Part shown: positions 15,231-24,007 of the stretch, in pieces
How positions within the stretch are numbered: position 1 is the first letter of the stretch
Layout of the letters: each line of letters opens with the position of its first letter
NCBI GenBank assembly: GCA_000743035.1
Contig: CP008936.1
Span: 1,650,001-1,682,000, forward strand
DNA length: 32,000 bases
DNA from: Candidatus Paracaedimonas acanthamoebae
GTDB taxonomy: Bacteria > Pseudomonadota > Alphaproteobacteria > Caedimonadales > Caedimonadaceae
Direction: 5' to 3'
Position numbers and translations under genes: made by a program
The notes under the pieces: model-generated
What the model was told of the DNA's origin: nothing
Seen by the model: only the letters and a program-made list of their open reading frames with translations
Databases searched by the model: none

Positions 15231-16037
15231 CTATTTCTGAAGTATTTTTAGCAAAGGCTCATAAAGATAAGCATTTGTTGCTAAGATAGATCCCGATTTT
15301 AAAGGGTCTTTTCCTCCCTTTATTTCAGAAGTATACCCGCCCGCTTCTCGCACAAGAATGAGCCCTGCTGCTAAATCCCATGGAGCAAGCTGAGGCGAGA
15401 TAAAACCTTCGCTGCGACCAGCAGCAACATAAGCCAAATCAAGAACAGACGCTCCAAACTGGCGCAAAGCTGCTACATGGGGACGAATATTTTCACATAT
15501 TAAAGAAAAATTTTCCGTTTCGTCTGAACGTTTATACGGCCTTTCTGTAAGAATAAGAGCATCACTCAACTCTTTACGAGCCGAAACTCGAAGACGGCGA
15601 TCATTTAAATAAGCCCCTTTACCTTTTTCGGCATAGAAAAGTTCGTCTTTAATAGGATCATAGATAACCCCAGCAATAATTTCGTTTTCAAATTGAAGGC
15701 CTATTGAAATGGCGAAATGCGGAATACCATGAAGAAAATTTGTCGTTCCATCAAGCGGATCAACAATCCAACGATGATGAGGATCTGGCCCGGGAATCTC
15801 CCCAGATTCTTCGAGTAAAAATCCAAAATCTGGTCGCGCTTTTTGCAGCTCAAAGCGAATCGTTTTTTCAGCACGGTGATCTGCTGTTGAAACAAAGTTG
15901 CCAGGTCCCTTTTTTGAGACTTGTAGATGCTCGACCTCATTAAAATCATGGATAAGGCCTTTGGCTGCTTTCAGAGCAGCCGAAGACATGACGGTCATTA
16001 AAGACGATTTAATTTTAGTGCGAGTTGCTGTTAGCAT
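15231..16037 (-). CDS. suhB: Inositol monophosphatase family protein (SuhB-like).
   Basis: FLLEESG, WIVDPLDGTTNFLHGIPHFAISIGL and WDLAAGLILVREAGG are the IMPase signature blocks. Confidence 0.85.
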   Translation of the reverse strand: MLTATRTKIKSSLMTVMSSAALKAAKGLIHDFNEVEHLQVSKKGPGNFVSTADHRAEKTIRFELQKARPDFGFLLEESGEIPGPDPHHRWIVDPLDGTTNFLHGIPHFAISIGLQFENEIIAGVIYDPIKDELFYAEKGKGAYLNDRRLRVSARKELSDALILTERPYKRSDETENFSLICENIRPHVAALRQFGASVLDLAYVAAGRSEGFISPQLAPWDLAAGLILVREAGGYTSEIKGGKDPLKSGSILATNAYLYEPLLKILQK

Positions 16038-16039
16038 AA

Positions 16040-16606
16040 TTAGTCTTTTGCTCTTTCAACGTAGGTATTATCAGCGGTATTGACAACAATTCTTGTTTCA
16101 GACTCAACATGAGGTGGAACCATAATGCGAACGCCATTTTCAAGGATTGCTGGTTTATAAGACGAAGCCGCAGTCTGCCCTTTCACGACAGGTTCAGCCT
16201 CAACAATTTTCACAATCACGGTGTCGGGAAGGCTAATACCAACAATTTCACCCTCATATGAGGACACGGTGACAACCATACCTTCTTGTAAATACACAGC
16301 AGGTTCGCCCACAATTGCAGGATTCACGGTGATCTGATCAAATGTTTCTTGATCCATAAAAGTTAATTCGTCATCTGTTCCATAAAGGTATTGATACTCT
16401 TTCTCGTCAAGACGAACTCGCTCGACAGTTTCACTGGAACGAAACCGTTCATTTAATTTAGTTCCACTACGGATGTCTTTTAGCTCAACCTGCATATAAG
16501 CTCCGCCCTTACCAGGTTGTGTATGCTGAATTTTGGTTGCAACCCAAAGTCGGGACTTATGCTCAATAATGTTTCCTGGACGAATATCATTCCCATTGAT
16601 TTTCAT
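16040..16606 (-). CDS. efp: Translation elongation factor P.
   Basis: MKINGNDIRPGNIIEHKSRLWVATKIQHTQPGKGGAYMQVELKDIRSGTKLNERFRS... is a full-length EF-P match, 188 aa. A GAGAGGAA RBS is present. Confidence 0.95.
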   Translation of the reverse strand: MKINGNDIRPGNIIEHKSRLWVATKIQHTQPGKGGAYMQVELKDIRSGTKLNERFRSSETVERVRLDEKEYQYLYGTDDELTFMDQETFDQITVNPAIVGEPAVYLQEGMVVTVSSYEGEIVGISLPDTVIVKIVEAEPVVKGQTAASSYKPAILENGVRIMVPPHVESETRIVVNTADNTYVERAKD

Positions 16607-16677
16607 TGTTTGTTCCTCTCAATTCTAATTTGTCTCTGTTGTAGCGTTTTTGAGGGGCAAAAGACAAGAAGAGAAAA

Positions 16678-16754
16678 TGGCGGGAGTGACGGGACTTGAA
16701 CCCGCGGCCTCCTGCGTGACAGGCAGGCGCTCTAACCAACTGAGCTACACCCCC
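16678..16754 (-). tRNA. tRNA-Asp (anticodon GUC) with encoded CCA.
   Basis: The minus strand folds as follows:
- GGGGGTG acceptor;
- TA;
- GCTC-AGTTGGTTA-GAGC D arm;
- CCTGC-CTGTCAC-GCAGG anticodon arm, loop C-U-GUC-A-C;
- GCGGG-TTCAAGT-CCCGT T arm;
- CACTCCC-G-CCA.
The acceptor pairs 7/7, with one G-U pair. Confidence 0.9.
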
Positions 16755-16831
16755 ATTTATAATGGTGCCTCTTTAGGTACCTCTGTTTCTCACCAACGTC
16801 AAGTAAAAATTAGCCTTAATCTTCTCTAAAA

Positions 16832-18244
16832 CTAATTACGCACTATAAAATCCTCATCTTTACAAAAACCTGGCGCACAACGTCCTACCATCTCATAAGC
16901 ATAATTGAAAGCATCCTCTTTAGCCTGATGAAAATCTTCTTTCCCTGGGATTTGAGGACAGAGAAATAAAGTCCCAAATTCAGTTTCTTCCCAATTAATT
17001 GACCTTAAATAGTCATAAAACGCTTCTTCATGCATTTGACTTATAGTAATTTTTGTATCTTCACTGTCTTCAGCATCTGCAAACCAACTTGCCTCATTCA
17101 TAAATGGCTGAAATTTTTTTGAAAACATTATTTCTTTTAAAGCTTCCCTGTAGGGAATTTCCTTTTGAGGAACATTGTCACTGGGAGCTGTCAGTTGCAT
17201 CCAATAATTTAGCAAGCGACTTTTCGATGGGATATTATAATGATAAAAGGCTTTAAATGTTGGTTCTTTTTTAAGAGAAACTGGACTGTTTGCAGGCTCA
17301 TTTTTTTGATTTGTATCCTCCGCAGCCACCGTCTGAACATGGATTTCTTTCTTCTCTGATGATGTACTTATTGTGCAAATTGAGCCTTCAGAAAGAGGAC
17401 TTTCAAGCTTTTCCTCTTCTAAAAACTCCTCTTGAGCAGACTTTTCTTGATCTTCTTCACGGAAAGATCCCAAAAGGGGGTCAGGATTAACAGGATCAGG
17501 TTCCATGGACGGCATTTCGTTTCCACCTTTTAGGTAAAAAGAAACGCTATCGTTGAGAGGTGCTAGATTTAAGGGATTTATACCCTCTTCAGTAACAGTC
17601 TGAGCAAAGGGATCTTCTTTTTCTGGCGTAGTCTCAATATTATGAGCTAAAGGCGCAGAAAGAGGATTTTTATGTTTTTGCTCCTCTAGCAAAGCCTTTA
17701 AAATACTTTGGGTGAAACTTTCTTGAACGTCTCCAAGAGAGGATACAAAGAGAGGCTCAGGATTAAAAGGATCAGATTTTATAAAATACATTTCATTCCC
17801 ACCTTTTAAATGAAAAGAAACGTCATTGCTCGGAAATACCGGCGAGGCCTTTAAAATGAGCGCTTCACTATCCATTATTCCAGGAAATAAATCACCATTA
17901 TTTTTCAAAACATTAACAATAAATTCGTGAGAATTTAAAGGAGATTTAAAAGGGCGCTCTATTTGTAGATCGGATGAAGCTTGCTTTGCTGAATCCCTAA
18001 AATAAATGCGAAAAAGAGGTAATACTTCCTTAAGGGCAGCTTCATAAGCTTGGTTAGTTTGTAGGTCTTCTTCTTGGATGTCATAAGAAGTGTTAGCAAA
18101 GTTATTTCTTTGAGAGTGTTGAGAATAATGGGCAAAAACAGCGATTTGCAAAAAAGTAATCATAAATAAAATGTTTGGAAATTCAGGTATAAACTTAAAA
18201 TTTTTAGTCAATGCCTGAAAAGTAAATTGCATGGCTTGTCGCAT
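16832..18244 (-). CDS. Hypothetical membrane-anchored protein (470 aa) with an internal duplicated motif. It is the only gene downstream of the cobalamin riboswitch.
   Basis: - It is a long open frame in AT-rich DNA.
- N-terminal hydrophobic segment: FPNILFMITFLQIAVFAHY.
- Two copies of [ND]DVSF[HY]LKGGNEM...DP[FV]NP[ED]PL.
- Acidic linker.
- Cys-containing C-terminal region: ...LFLCPQIPGK...GRCAPGFC.
- I recognise no family. Confidence 0.7.
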   Translation of the reverse strand: MRQAMQFTFQALTKNFKFIPEFPNILFMITFLQIAVFAHYSQHSQRNNFANTSYDIQEEDLQTNQAYEAALKEVLPLFRIYFRDSAKQASSDLQIERPFKSPLNSHEFIVNVLKNNGDLFPGIMDSEALILKASPVFPSNDVSFHLKGGNEMYFIKSDPFNPEPLFVSSLGDVQESFTQSILKALLEEQKHKNPLSAPLAHNIETTPEKEDPFAQTVTEEGINPLNLAPLNDSVSFYLKGGNEMPSMEPDPVNPDPLLGSFREEDQEKSAQEEFLEEEKLESPLSEGSICTISTSSEKKEIHVQTVAAEDTNQKNEPANSPVSLKKEPTFKAFYHYNIPSKSRLLNYWMQLTAPSDNVPQKEIPYREALKEIMFSKKFQPFMNEASWFADAEDSEDTKITISQMHEEAFYDYLRSINWEETEFGTLFLCPQIPGKEDFHQAKEDAFNYAYEMVGRCAPGFCKDEDFIVRN

Positions 18245-18344
18245 GGCTAATCGAGCCCCTTTATTTAATATGGTTAAAGGCTGTCACCAACGAGGATTTC
18301 GCTTTCGTTTGTCTTCACCGCCAAACAAAGAGATGACATTTAAA

Positions 18345-18511
18345 GGCAGGTTTCCTGGCTGAGCCGATCCTTAAGTGACCTTCCCAGCTTGAGCCAGTGG
18401 CATTTCACTTAAACGAGCTTCTTACAGTTGCGGGAGCAGCTACATTTTGCGCTTTGTATTAAACAAGCGTTATTGTATTCCCTTTTAACTCTTATGAGCA
18501 CCCTTAATACC
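18345..18511 (-). promoter_or_regulatory. Cobalamin (AdoCbl/B12) riboswitch aptamer.
   Basis: The minus strand reads GGUAUUAAGGGUGCUC..UUAAAAGGGAAUACA-[hairpin CGCUUGU..ACAAAGCG]-AAAAUGUAGCUGCUCCCGCAACUGUAAGAAGCUCG...AUGCCACUGGCUCAAGCUGGGAAGGUCACUUAAGGAUCGGCUCAGCCAGGAAACCUGCC. The blocks AAAGGGAA, GCnGCnCCCGCAACUGUAA, GCCACUGG...GGGAAGG and the B12 box AGCCAGGAAACCUGCC match the conserved cores of RF00174 as I remember them. Confidence 0.85.
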
Positions 18512-18515
18512 AAAG

Positions 18516-18543
18516 ATCATAATTTAAAACGAAAGAGAGTCAA
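18516..18543 (-). promoter_or_regulatory. Predicted sigma70-type promoter for the riboswitch transcript.
   Basis: The minus strand reads TTGACT-16 nt-TATGAT. The -10 element ends about 5-7 nt before the first G of the aptamer (ctttGGUAUU). Confidence 0.45.
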
Positions 18544-18652
18544 GAGAGAAGAATCATAAAATTTTTACATTTTAAATCAATTAGTTACTAAAATTTGATT
18601 TTATCTTTTTTTAGGTTATTTTATGAGCTATTCACTGCAGACTTTCAAGACT

Positions 18653-18678
18653 AAAAATGTTTCACGTGAAACATTTTT
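18653..18678. repeat. 26-bp perfect palindrome, AAAAATGTTTCAC|GTGAAACATTTTT.
   Basis: Read directly; the centre lies between 18665 and 18666. It could be an AT-rich bidirectional hairpin or a dimeric transcription-factor site about 110-135 nt upstream of the riboswitch promoter. Confidence 0.6.
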
Positions 18679-18753
18679 TCCTTAAAAAAAATCTATTCAA
18701 TTCAAGTAATTATTGATCAAATTAAAACTTAATAAAGATTTGCTTTTCTTACA

Positions 18754-18784
18754 TAAAAAAAAGCCCTAGGAAGATCCCAGGGCT
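18754..18784 (-). terminator. Rho-independent terminator of ppiC.
   Basis: On the minus strand, about 25 nt after the stop, the sequence is AAAAAGCCCTGGG-atcttc-CTAGGGCTTTTTTTT: a GC stem followed by a T8 run. Confidence 0.7.
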
Positions 18785-18806
18785 TTTTACAAGATCCGTC
18801 AATACC

Positions 18807-19691
18807 TTATTTTTTAGCTGGCTCTTCTGCTTTTTTTTCTTCTTTCTTTTCGCCACCAATTTCAGGCTTACCTTCTTGGTTGAAGCGCTCAATCTTTGCT
18901 TTATCCCGGAGGCTTGTCACAAGCTTAAGCATGCTCTCTTCAAGCACAGCCGCTTTCAATTGCTCTTGCACTTCTTCAAATTTAGGTGCTTTAACTTTGC
19001 GCTTATCATCCACCTTAATCACGTGCCAACCAAATTGTGTTTTAACAGGAGATTCTGTAATTTTCCCTGGAACCAAAGCAAAAGCAGCATCGGCAAATTC
19101 TTTCACCATATCCCCTTTACGGAAGTAACCAACGTCACCCCCTTCTTGAGCACTTGCCTTATCAATGGATTGTTCACGTGCAATCTTCAAGAAATCCGCC
19201 CCCTTCTTAAGATCTTCAATAATTTTTTTAGCCGCGCTTTCATCTTTGACAAGAACGTGACGTGCTTTAACTTCCATTTCGTCCTTAGGCATATCAGCAA
19301 CTAATTTGTCATAGCGTGCCTTAACTGCTGCATCTGTGACAAAATTCTTTAATGATTTAGAAAGGAAAGCTTGAACACGAACTTGCTGTGCTGCTTGTTC
19401 AATTGCCTTTTGAACCTCAGGATCTTTATCAAGCCCAGCTTTGTCAGCTTCTTCAGTGATAAGCGTGATATCGATCATTTGATCGCGTAAGGTCGTAAAT
19501 AATTTATCTTTATCTTTGGCTCCATTTATAACTTGAGGAGGAAGAGCCTTTTCTAAGCGTTGTACTTCCTTCAGTTTAATTTCTTTGCCATTCACTTTCG
19601 CCACAACCGCTTCTTCATTTTGAGCTAACGCTTGAGATCCAAAAGTAAGAAAAGCCGCAAAAGCTGTTGTAATCATAAAACGAGATAACAT
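18807..19691 (-). CDS. Periplasmic parvulin-type peptidyl-prolyl cis-trans isomerase (PpiC/SurA-like).
   Basis: Signal peptide MLSRFMITTAFAAFLTFGSQALA. Rotamase domain ARHVLVKDESAAKKIIEDLKKGADFLKIAREQSIDKASAQEGGDVGYFRKGDMVKEFADAAF...TQFGWHVIKV. It is divergent from secA, as in many alphaproteobacteria. Confidence 0.85.
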   Translation of the reverse strand: MLSRFMITTAFAAFLTFGSQALAQNEEAVVAKVNGKEIKLKEVQRLEKALPPQVINGAKDKDKLFTTLRDQMIDITLITEEADKAGLDKDPEVQKAIEQAAQQVRVQAFLSKSLKNFVTDAAVKARYDKLVADMPKDEMEVKARHVLVKDESAAKKIIEDLKKGADFLKIAREQSIDKASAQEGGDVGYFRKGDMVKEFADAAFALVPGKITESPVKTQFGWHVIKVDDKRKVKAPKFEEVQEQLKAAVLEESMLKLVTSLRDKAKIERFNQEGKPEIGGEKKEEKKAEEPAKK

Positions 19692-19875
19692 TTAAATTCC
19701 TTTCTTAACGTTTTTTAGATAATTTATTTATTAATGTGCATATGGTACGAGGAATTCATAAGAACGCAACAAAAATCTTATGGTTATAGTATTTATGCTT
19801 GCTTATCTCTTGCAAGCATGGGTAAATCACCTCATTTAGTTAATTAAGAGTAATTTTAAGGTTCGAGGTCTTTTG

Positions 19876-22662
19876 ATGTTTGTCACCCTTATTCAAAAAG
19901 TTTTTGGTTCAGCCAATGAGCGCACCATTAAAAAGCTGAAGCCACAAGTTGAGGCAATTAATGCTCTTGAGCCTGAACTACAAAAATTAAGTGATACGGA
20001 ACTTAAAGCCCGGACAGGATGGTTTAAAGAGCGTTTGGCAAAAGGGGAATCTTTAGACAGCCTCCTTATTGAAGCTTTTGCAACTGTTCGCGAAGCCAGT
20101 AAGCGCGCGCTCCAAATGCGTCATTTTGATGTCCAACTCATAGGCGGAATCATGCTTCATCAAGGAAACGTCATTGAAATGGCAACGGGTGAAGGAAAAA
20201 CTTTAATTGCAACACTCCCCGCTTACCTTAACGCTCTCGAAGGTAAAGGTGTCCATGTTGTTACCGTTAACGACTATTTGGCCCAGCGCGACGCTAGTTG
20301 GATGGGGAAGCTTTATGAATTTCTCGGTCTCAGCATTGGATGTATTCAACATGAATTGAGTGATGTTGAGCGCCAAGAAGCATACAATTGTGATATCACC
20401 TATGTGACGAATAATGAACTAGGGTTCGATTATTTAAGAGATAATATGAAGTTCCGTTTGAGTGATATGGTTCAACGTTCATTTAATTATGCTATTGTGG
20501 ATGAAGTTGATAGTATTTTGATCGACGAGGCTCGAACTCCCTTGATTATTTCTGGTCCTGCCGAAGATTCTTCGGAACTATACCAGGAAGTAGACACCTT
20601 AATTCCCCAATTAGAAGCTACGGATTACGAAAAAGAGGAAAAATCTCGCTCAGTGACTTTAACAGAACAAGGTTCCCAAAAAATTGAAGTTCTGCTTGAA
20701 AAAATAGGCCTCCTTAAAGGTGGTTCTCTTTATGAGATTCAAAATATTTCTCTGGTTCATCATGTCAACCAAGCTTTACGCGCTCATAAATTATTTACCA
20801 AAGATGTCGACTATATGGTGAAAGACGACAAGGTCATCATTATTGATGAATTCACTGGACGTATGATGGAAGGACGACGCTATTCAGAAGGACTTCATCA
20901 AGCTCTTGAAGCAAAAGAGCGCGTCACCATTCAAATGGAAAATCAAACCCTTGCATCGATTACTTTTCAAAATCTTTTCCGGATTTATTCAAAACTTTCC
21001 GGCATGACAGGAACAGCAAAAACAGAAGCTGCAGAGTTCAATGATATCTATAAACTTGATGTGGTACAAATTCCTACCAATCTGCCAATGGCTCGCCAAG
21101 ATTTAGATGATGAAGTCTATCGAACAGCTAAAGAAAAATATAATGCGATTATTACCCTTATTGAGGAATGCCACCAGAAAAAGCAACCGATTCTCGTAGG
21201 AACAACAAGCATTGAAAAATCTGAGCTTCTCTCAATGCTTTTAAAACAACGTCAGATCCCTCACCAAGTTTTAAATGCTCGTTACCATGAGCAAGAAGCT
21301 ATTATTGTTGCTCAAGCTGGGCGTCCAGGAGCCATTACCATCGCAACCAATATGGCTGGGCGAGGAACTGATATTAAATTAGGCGGTAACATTGAAATGC
21401 GGGTTGCTCAAGAATTAGAGAAAGTTACGGATGCCAAAGAACGAGAACGCCTAACGAAAAAAATTCGAGAAGAAGTTGCCCAAGCAGAACAAGAAGTGAA
21501 AGCATCGGGTGGACTTTATGTTATTGGAACTGAACGTCATGAAAGTCGACGGATTGATAACCAATTGCGTGGGCGCGCTGGGCGACAAGGAGATCCTGGA
21601 AAAACTAAGTTTTTTCTATCGCTTGAAGATGATTTGATGCGTATCTTTGGCTCTGATCGTTTGGACAATATGCTACAAAAGCTTGGCCTTCAAGAAGGGG
21701 AAGCCATCATCCATCCTTGGATTAATAAAGCTCTTGAACGAGCTCAACAAAAAGTTGAAGCTCGCAACTATGATATTCGTAAGCATCTCCTAAAATATGA
21801 TGATGTTATGAATGATCAACGTAAAATTATTTATGAGCAACGCCGTGAAGTCATGGATACAGATGATGTTTCTGAGCTCATCCAGCATATGCGTGAAGAT
21901 GTCATTGATAAATTAATGAATACTTTTATTCCTGCAAATGCTTATCCCGATCAATGGGAAGTAAATGGTCTTCATGAGGAATGCTTAAGACTGTTTAACC
22001 TTGATTTGCCTATTTCTGCATGGGCTCAAGAAGAAGGCATTGCCGAAGCGGCCTTAAAACAGCGAATTGTTGAAGCTGTTTCTGAAAAACTTGCCGCCAA
22101 ATCAACCTTGTATGGAACAAGCATGATGCATATGGCAGAAAAAAGTATTCTTTTGAGAGTGTTGGACCAAACATGGAAAGATCACCTTCATGGACTTGAT
22201 CATTTACGCCAAGGTATCAATTTGCGTGCTTACGCTCAGCGTGATCCTTTAAATGAATATAAGCATGAGGCATTCCTTATGTTCCAAGAGATGCTCTCTC
22301 GGACGCGTGAAATGGTCGTTTCAGCACTTGCTCATCTTGAACTTTATCAAGAAACAGAAGAAGAAGTCTTTGATGCTGCCATTGAAGACCTTGAAGAACA
22401 AAATAAAAAAATGAAGCTTGAGCAAACTGAGTTTTCAGATACAAAAACTACCCAAAATGCACCTCTATCTCTGACAAAGCGCCTTTCGGAAGCAAAAAGA
22501 AAACAAAAATCTCTTCTTTCTTCAAAAAAAACTGATGCGACCCCTAAGGTGAAAAAAGCGATTTCAAAAAGTGATACACTATCCCCGACCCCGATGCGTA
22601 ATTCTTTATGTCCTTGCGGTTCTGGTAAACGCTATAAGCATTGCCATGGTCAAGATGTTTAA
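19876..22662 (+). CDS. secA: Preprotein translocase ATPase SecA.
   Basis: [20 protein letters not shown]..., Walker [29 protein letters not shown] and [14 protein letters not shown] are present, along with the C-terminal zinc motif [15 protein letters not shown] start at the ATG at 19876, one codon after the TTG in the track. Confidence 0.97.
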   Translation: MFVTLIQKVFGSANERTIKKLKPQVEAINALEPELQKLSDTELKARTGWFKERLAKGESLDSLLIEAFATVREASKRALQMRHFDVQLIGGIMLHQGNVIEMATGEGKTLIATLPAYLNALEGKGVHVVTVNDYLAQRDASWMGKLYEFLGLSIGCIQHELSDVERQEAYNCDITYVTNNELGFDYLRDNMKFRLSDMVQRSFNYAIVDEVDSILIDEARTPLIISGPAEDSSELYQEVDTLIPQLEATDYEKEEKSRSVTLTEQGSQKIEVLLEKIGLLKGGSLYEIQNISLVHHVNQALRAHKLFTKDVDYMVKDDKVIIIDEFTGRMMEGRRYSEGLHQALEAKERVTIQMENQTLASITFQNLFRIYSKLSGMTGTAKTEAAEFNDIYKLDVVQIPTNLPMARQDLDDEVYRTAKEKYNAIITLIEECHQKKQPILVGTTSIEKSELLSMLLKQRQIPHQVLNARYHEQEAIIVAQAGRPGAITIATNMAGRGTDIKLGGNIEMRVAQELEKVTDAKERERLTKKIREEVAQAEQEVKASGGLYVIGTERHESRRIDNQLRGRAGRQGDPGKTKFFLSLEDDLMRIFGSDRLDNMLQKLGLQEGEAIIHPWINKALERAQQKVEARNYDIRKHLLKYDDVMNDQRKIIYEQRREVMDTDDVSELIQHMREDVIDKLMNTFIPANAYPDQWEVNGLHEECLRLFNLDLPISAWAQEEGIAEAALKQRIVEAVSEKLAAKSTLYGTSMMHMAEKSILLRVLDQTWKDHLHGLDHLRQGINLRAYAQRDPLNEYKHEAFLMFQEMLSRTREMVVSALAHLELYQETEEEVFDAAIEDLEEQNKKMKLEQTEFSDTKTTQNAPLSLTKRLSEAKRKQKSLLSSKKTDATPKVKKAISKSDTLSPTPMRNSLCPCGSGKRYKHCHGQDV

Positions 22663-23546
22663 AGTTGGGTCATAAGCTCTCTTAAATCAACGATGTTATG
22701 CGGCTGATTTGATGGGTTTTCATCACGATCATATTGTTGCACCATAATAATTTGTTTTTTAGGATAAATATAAAGACGTTGCCCCAAATACCCTTGCGCT
22801 GCAATGATGGTAGGATTTTCATAAATCCACCAGAGTAGAGCACAAGCCGGTGCCCCAATTGATGTTTTTGTTGTCATTAATGAAAGCCATGCTGGACTCA
22901 ATAGAGAATGCCCATCCCATTTACCTTCATCGAGAACAAGTTTTCCAATTTTTATAAGTTCTTCAGCGGCGATCTTAAGTCCTGCTGCGCCATAAATATT
23001 TCCTTTTTTATCTTGGCGCCATTCAAAATTTTGTATTTTTAAGGGGTTGAAAAGGGACTCATTAATGAAATTTTCGGCTGATTTCCCTGTTATTCTTTCA
23101 ATCACACCAGGGATTAGATTGGTTGCTTTATTATTATAGTTATATTTTTCTCCTGGTAAGCTTGTCAGTTCCGCACATAAGGCTAATTGGATTGAATCCG
23201 GCGCTCTTATAATGTCTTCATAAGTGGGATCATCTTGTAGGCCCGACGTATGAGTCAATAAATGCCATAATGTGACCTGTTGCTTATACCCTTGATCCCA
23301 TTCCGGAAAGAAATGATAAATAGGTGTATGAAGTTCATTTAAGAGTTTTTGATCCCATAGCAACCCAATGGCAAGGCCCATAATCGACTTTGTAATTGAG
23401 TATGATTGCAAAAGAGCTTGAGGTTTTCCCCAATCAAGAAGAACGTCATCCTCTTGCTGAATAAAGACACGTGCTAAATTTGAAGCGGTTGCTTGTTCTT
23501 GGATATCATTCAGTGTCTTAGATGACATTTTTTTACCTTTTTTCAA
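22659..23546 (-). CDS. Serine hydrolase of the beta-lactamase/transpeptidase-like (class C/esterase) family.
   Basis: An SxxK motif in [15 protein letters not shown] and a YxN motif in YNYNNKATN. Length is 295 aa. No obvious signal peptide. Confidence 0.8.
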   Translation of the reverse strand: MKKGKKMSSKTLNDIQEQATASNLARVFIQQEDDVLLDWGKPQALLQSYSITKSIMGLAIGLLWDQKLLNELHTPIYHFFPEWDQGYKQQVTLWHLLTHTSGLQDDPTYEDIIRAPDSIQLALCAELTSLPGEKYNYNNKATNLIPGVIERITGKSAENFINESLFNPLKIQNFEWRQDKKGNIYGAAGLKIAAEELIKIGKLVLDEGKWDGHSLLSPAWLSLMTTKTSIGAPACALLWWIYENPTIIAAQGYLGQRLYIYPKKQIIMVQQYDRDENPSNQPHNIVDLRELMTQL

Positions 23547-23589
23547 TGCTTGACCACTATATTTTTTTCAAAAAGAAAGGCAATCATCA

Positions 23590-23624
23590 AAAAGAAAATG
23601 CTACCTATTTAAAGTAGCATTTTT
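23590..23624 (-). terminator. Probable rho-independent terminator after the KGG-repeat gene.
   Basis: The minus strand reads AAAATGCTAC-tttaaatag-GTAGCATTTT followed by CTTTTTG. Confidence 0.55.
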
Positions 23625-23648
23625 GCATGAAACTGCAGCAATATTATA

Positions 23649-23894
23649 TTAGCGATTTATACCACTTTTATTTGCAATTTCCTTGACTTTGTCTTTGATC
23701 ATAGAAGCAAATCCTTGCTTAGCTCTTGAGGACTTATTGCTGCCTTTTTCAGTTCGACTATTGGATGAACCACCGCTATGAGAGGACTTCCCCCCTTTTC
23801 TTGCAATTTCTTTTACTTTGTCTTTAGGCATTGAAGCAAAGCCTTGTTTACCGTGTTCAGTGCGAGCAGCTTTTGTTCGATTTTTCATCACCAT
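23649..23894 (-). CDS. KGG-repeat general stress protein (YciG/Con-10-like).
   Basis: Two copies of KQGFASM[PI]KDKVKEIA[RN]K[GS]G in 81 aa. AGGAGG lies upstream. Confidence 0.75.
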   Translation of the reverse strand: MVMKNRTKAARTEHGKQGFASMPKDKVKEIARKGGKSSHSGGSSNSRTEKGSNKSSRAKQGFASMIKDKVKEIANKSGINR

Positions 23895-24007
23895 CTTTTA
23901 ACCTCCTATTGAGTTATTTATGTCCCCTCTTGAGACAATTTAATTTTAAAATGGAACAGTAAACGGAATGAAGTTGCAAATAAGATATGGTTTAAACACC
24001 TCTTATT

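Noticed and set aside
18245-18520. I first considered whether this 270-nt conserved-looking non-coding block was tmRNA (two-piece alphaproteobacterial form), RNase P RNA, SRP RNA or 6S RNA.
   Set aside because: - No T-arm/TTCGA-type tRNA-like domain, and no tag ORF ending in AA (tmRNA).
- No GAGGAAAGUCC block (RNase P).
- No GGAAGCAGCC-type SRP domain IV.
- The conserved strings match the cobalamin riboswitch instead.
18876-19304. 142-aa and 82-aa plus-strand ORFs opposite ppiC. Similar shadow ORFs lie opposite or within other genes: 778-987 (permease), 13940-14239 (racemase), 15701-16083 (suhB-like), 17290-17490, 24321-24651, 24834-25022, 26793-27352 (porin), 27865-28417, and 29369-31168 (leuS).
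   Set aside because: Each lies inside a gene with strong family signatures, either on the opposite strand or out of frame on the same strand. None has a recognisable domain or RBS.
19795-19819. 8-bp hairpin ATGCTTGC-N9-GCAAGCAT in the ppiC/secA divergent promoter region, considered as a secA leader regulatory element.
   Set aside because: It is short, has no adjacent conserved motif or uORF (no secM-like frame), and could arise by chance in a 180-nt AT-rich spacer.
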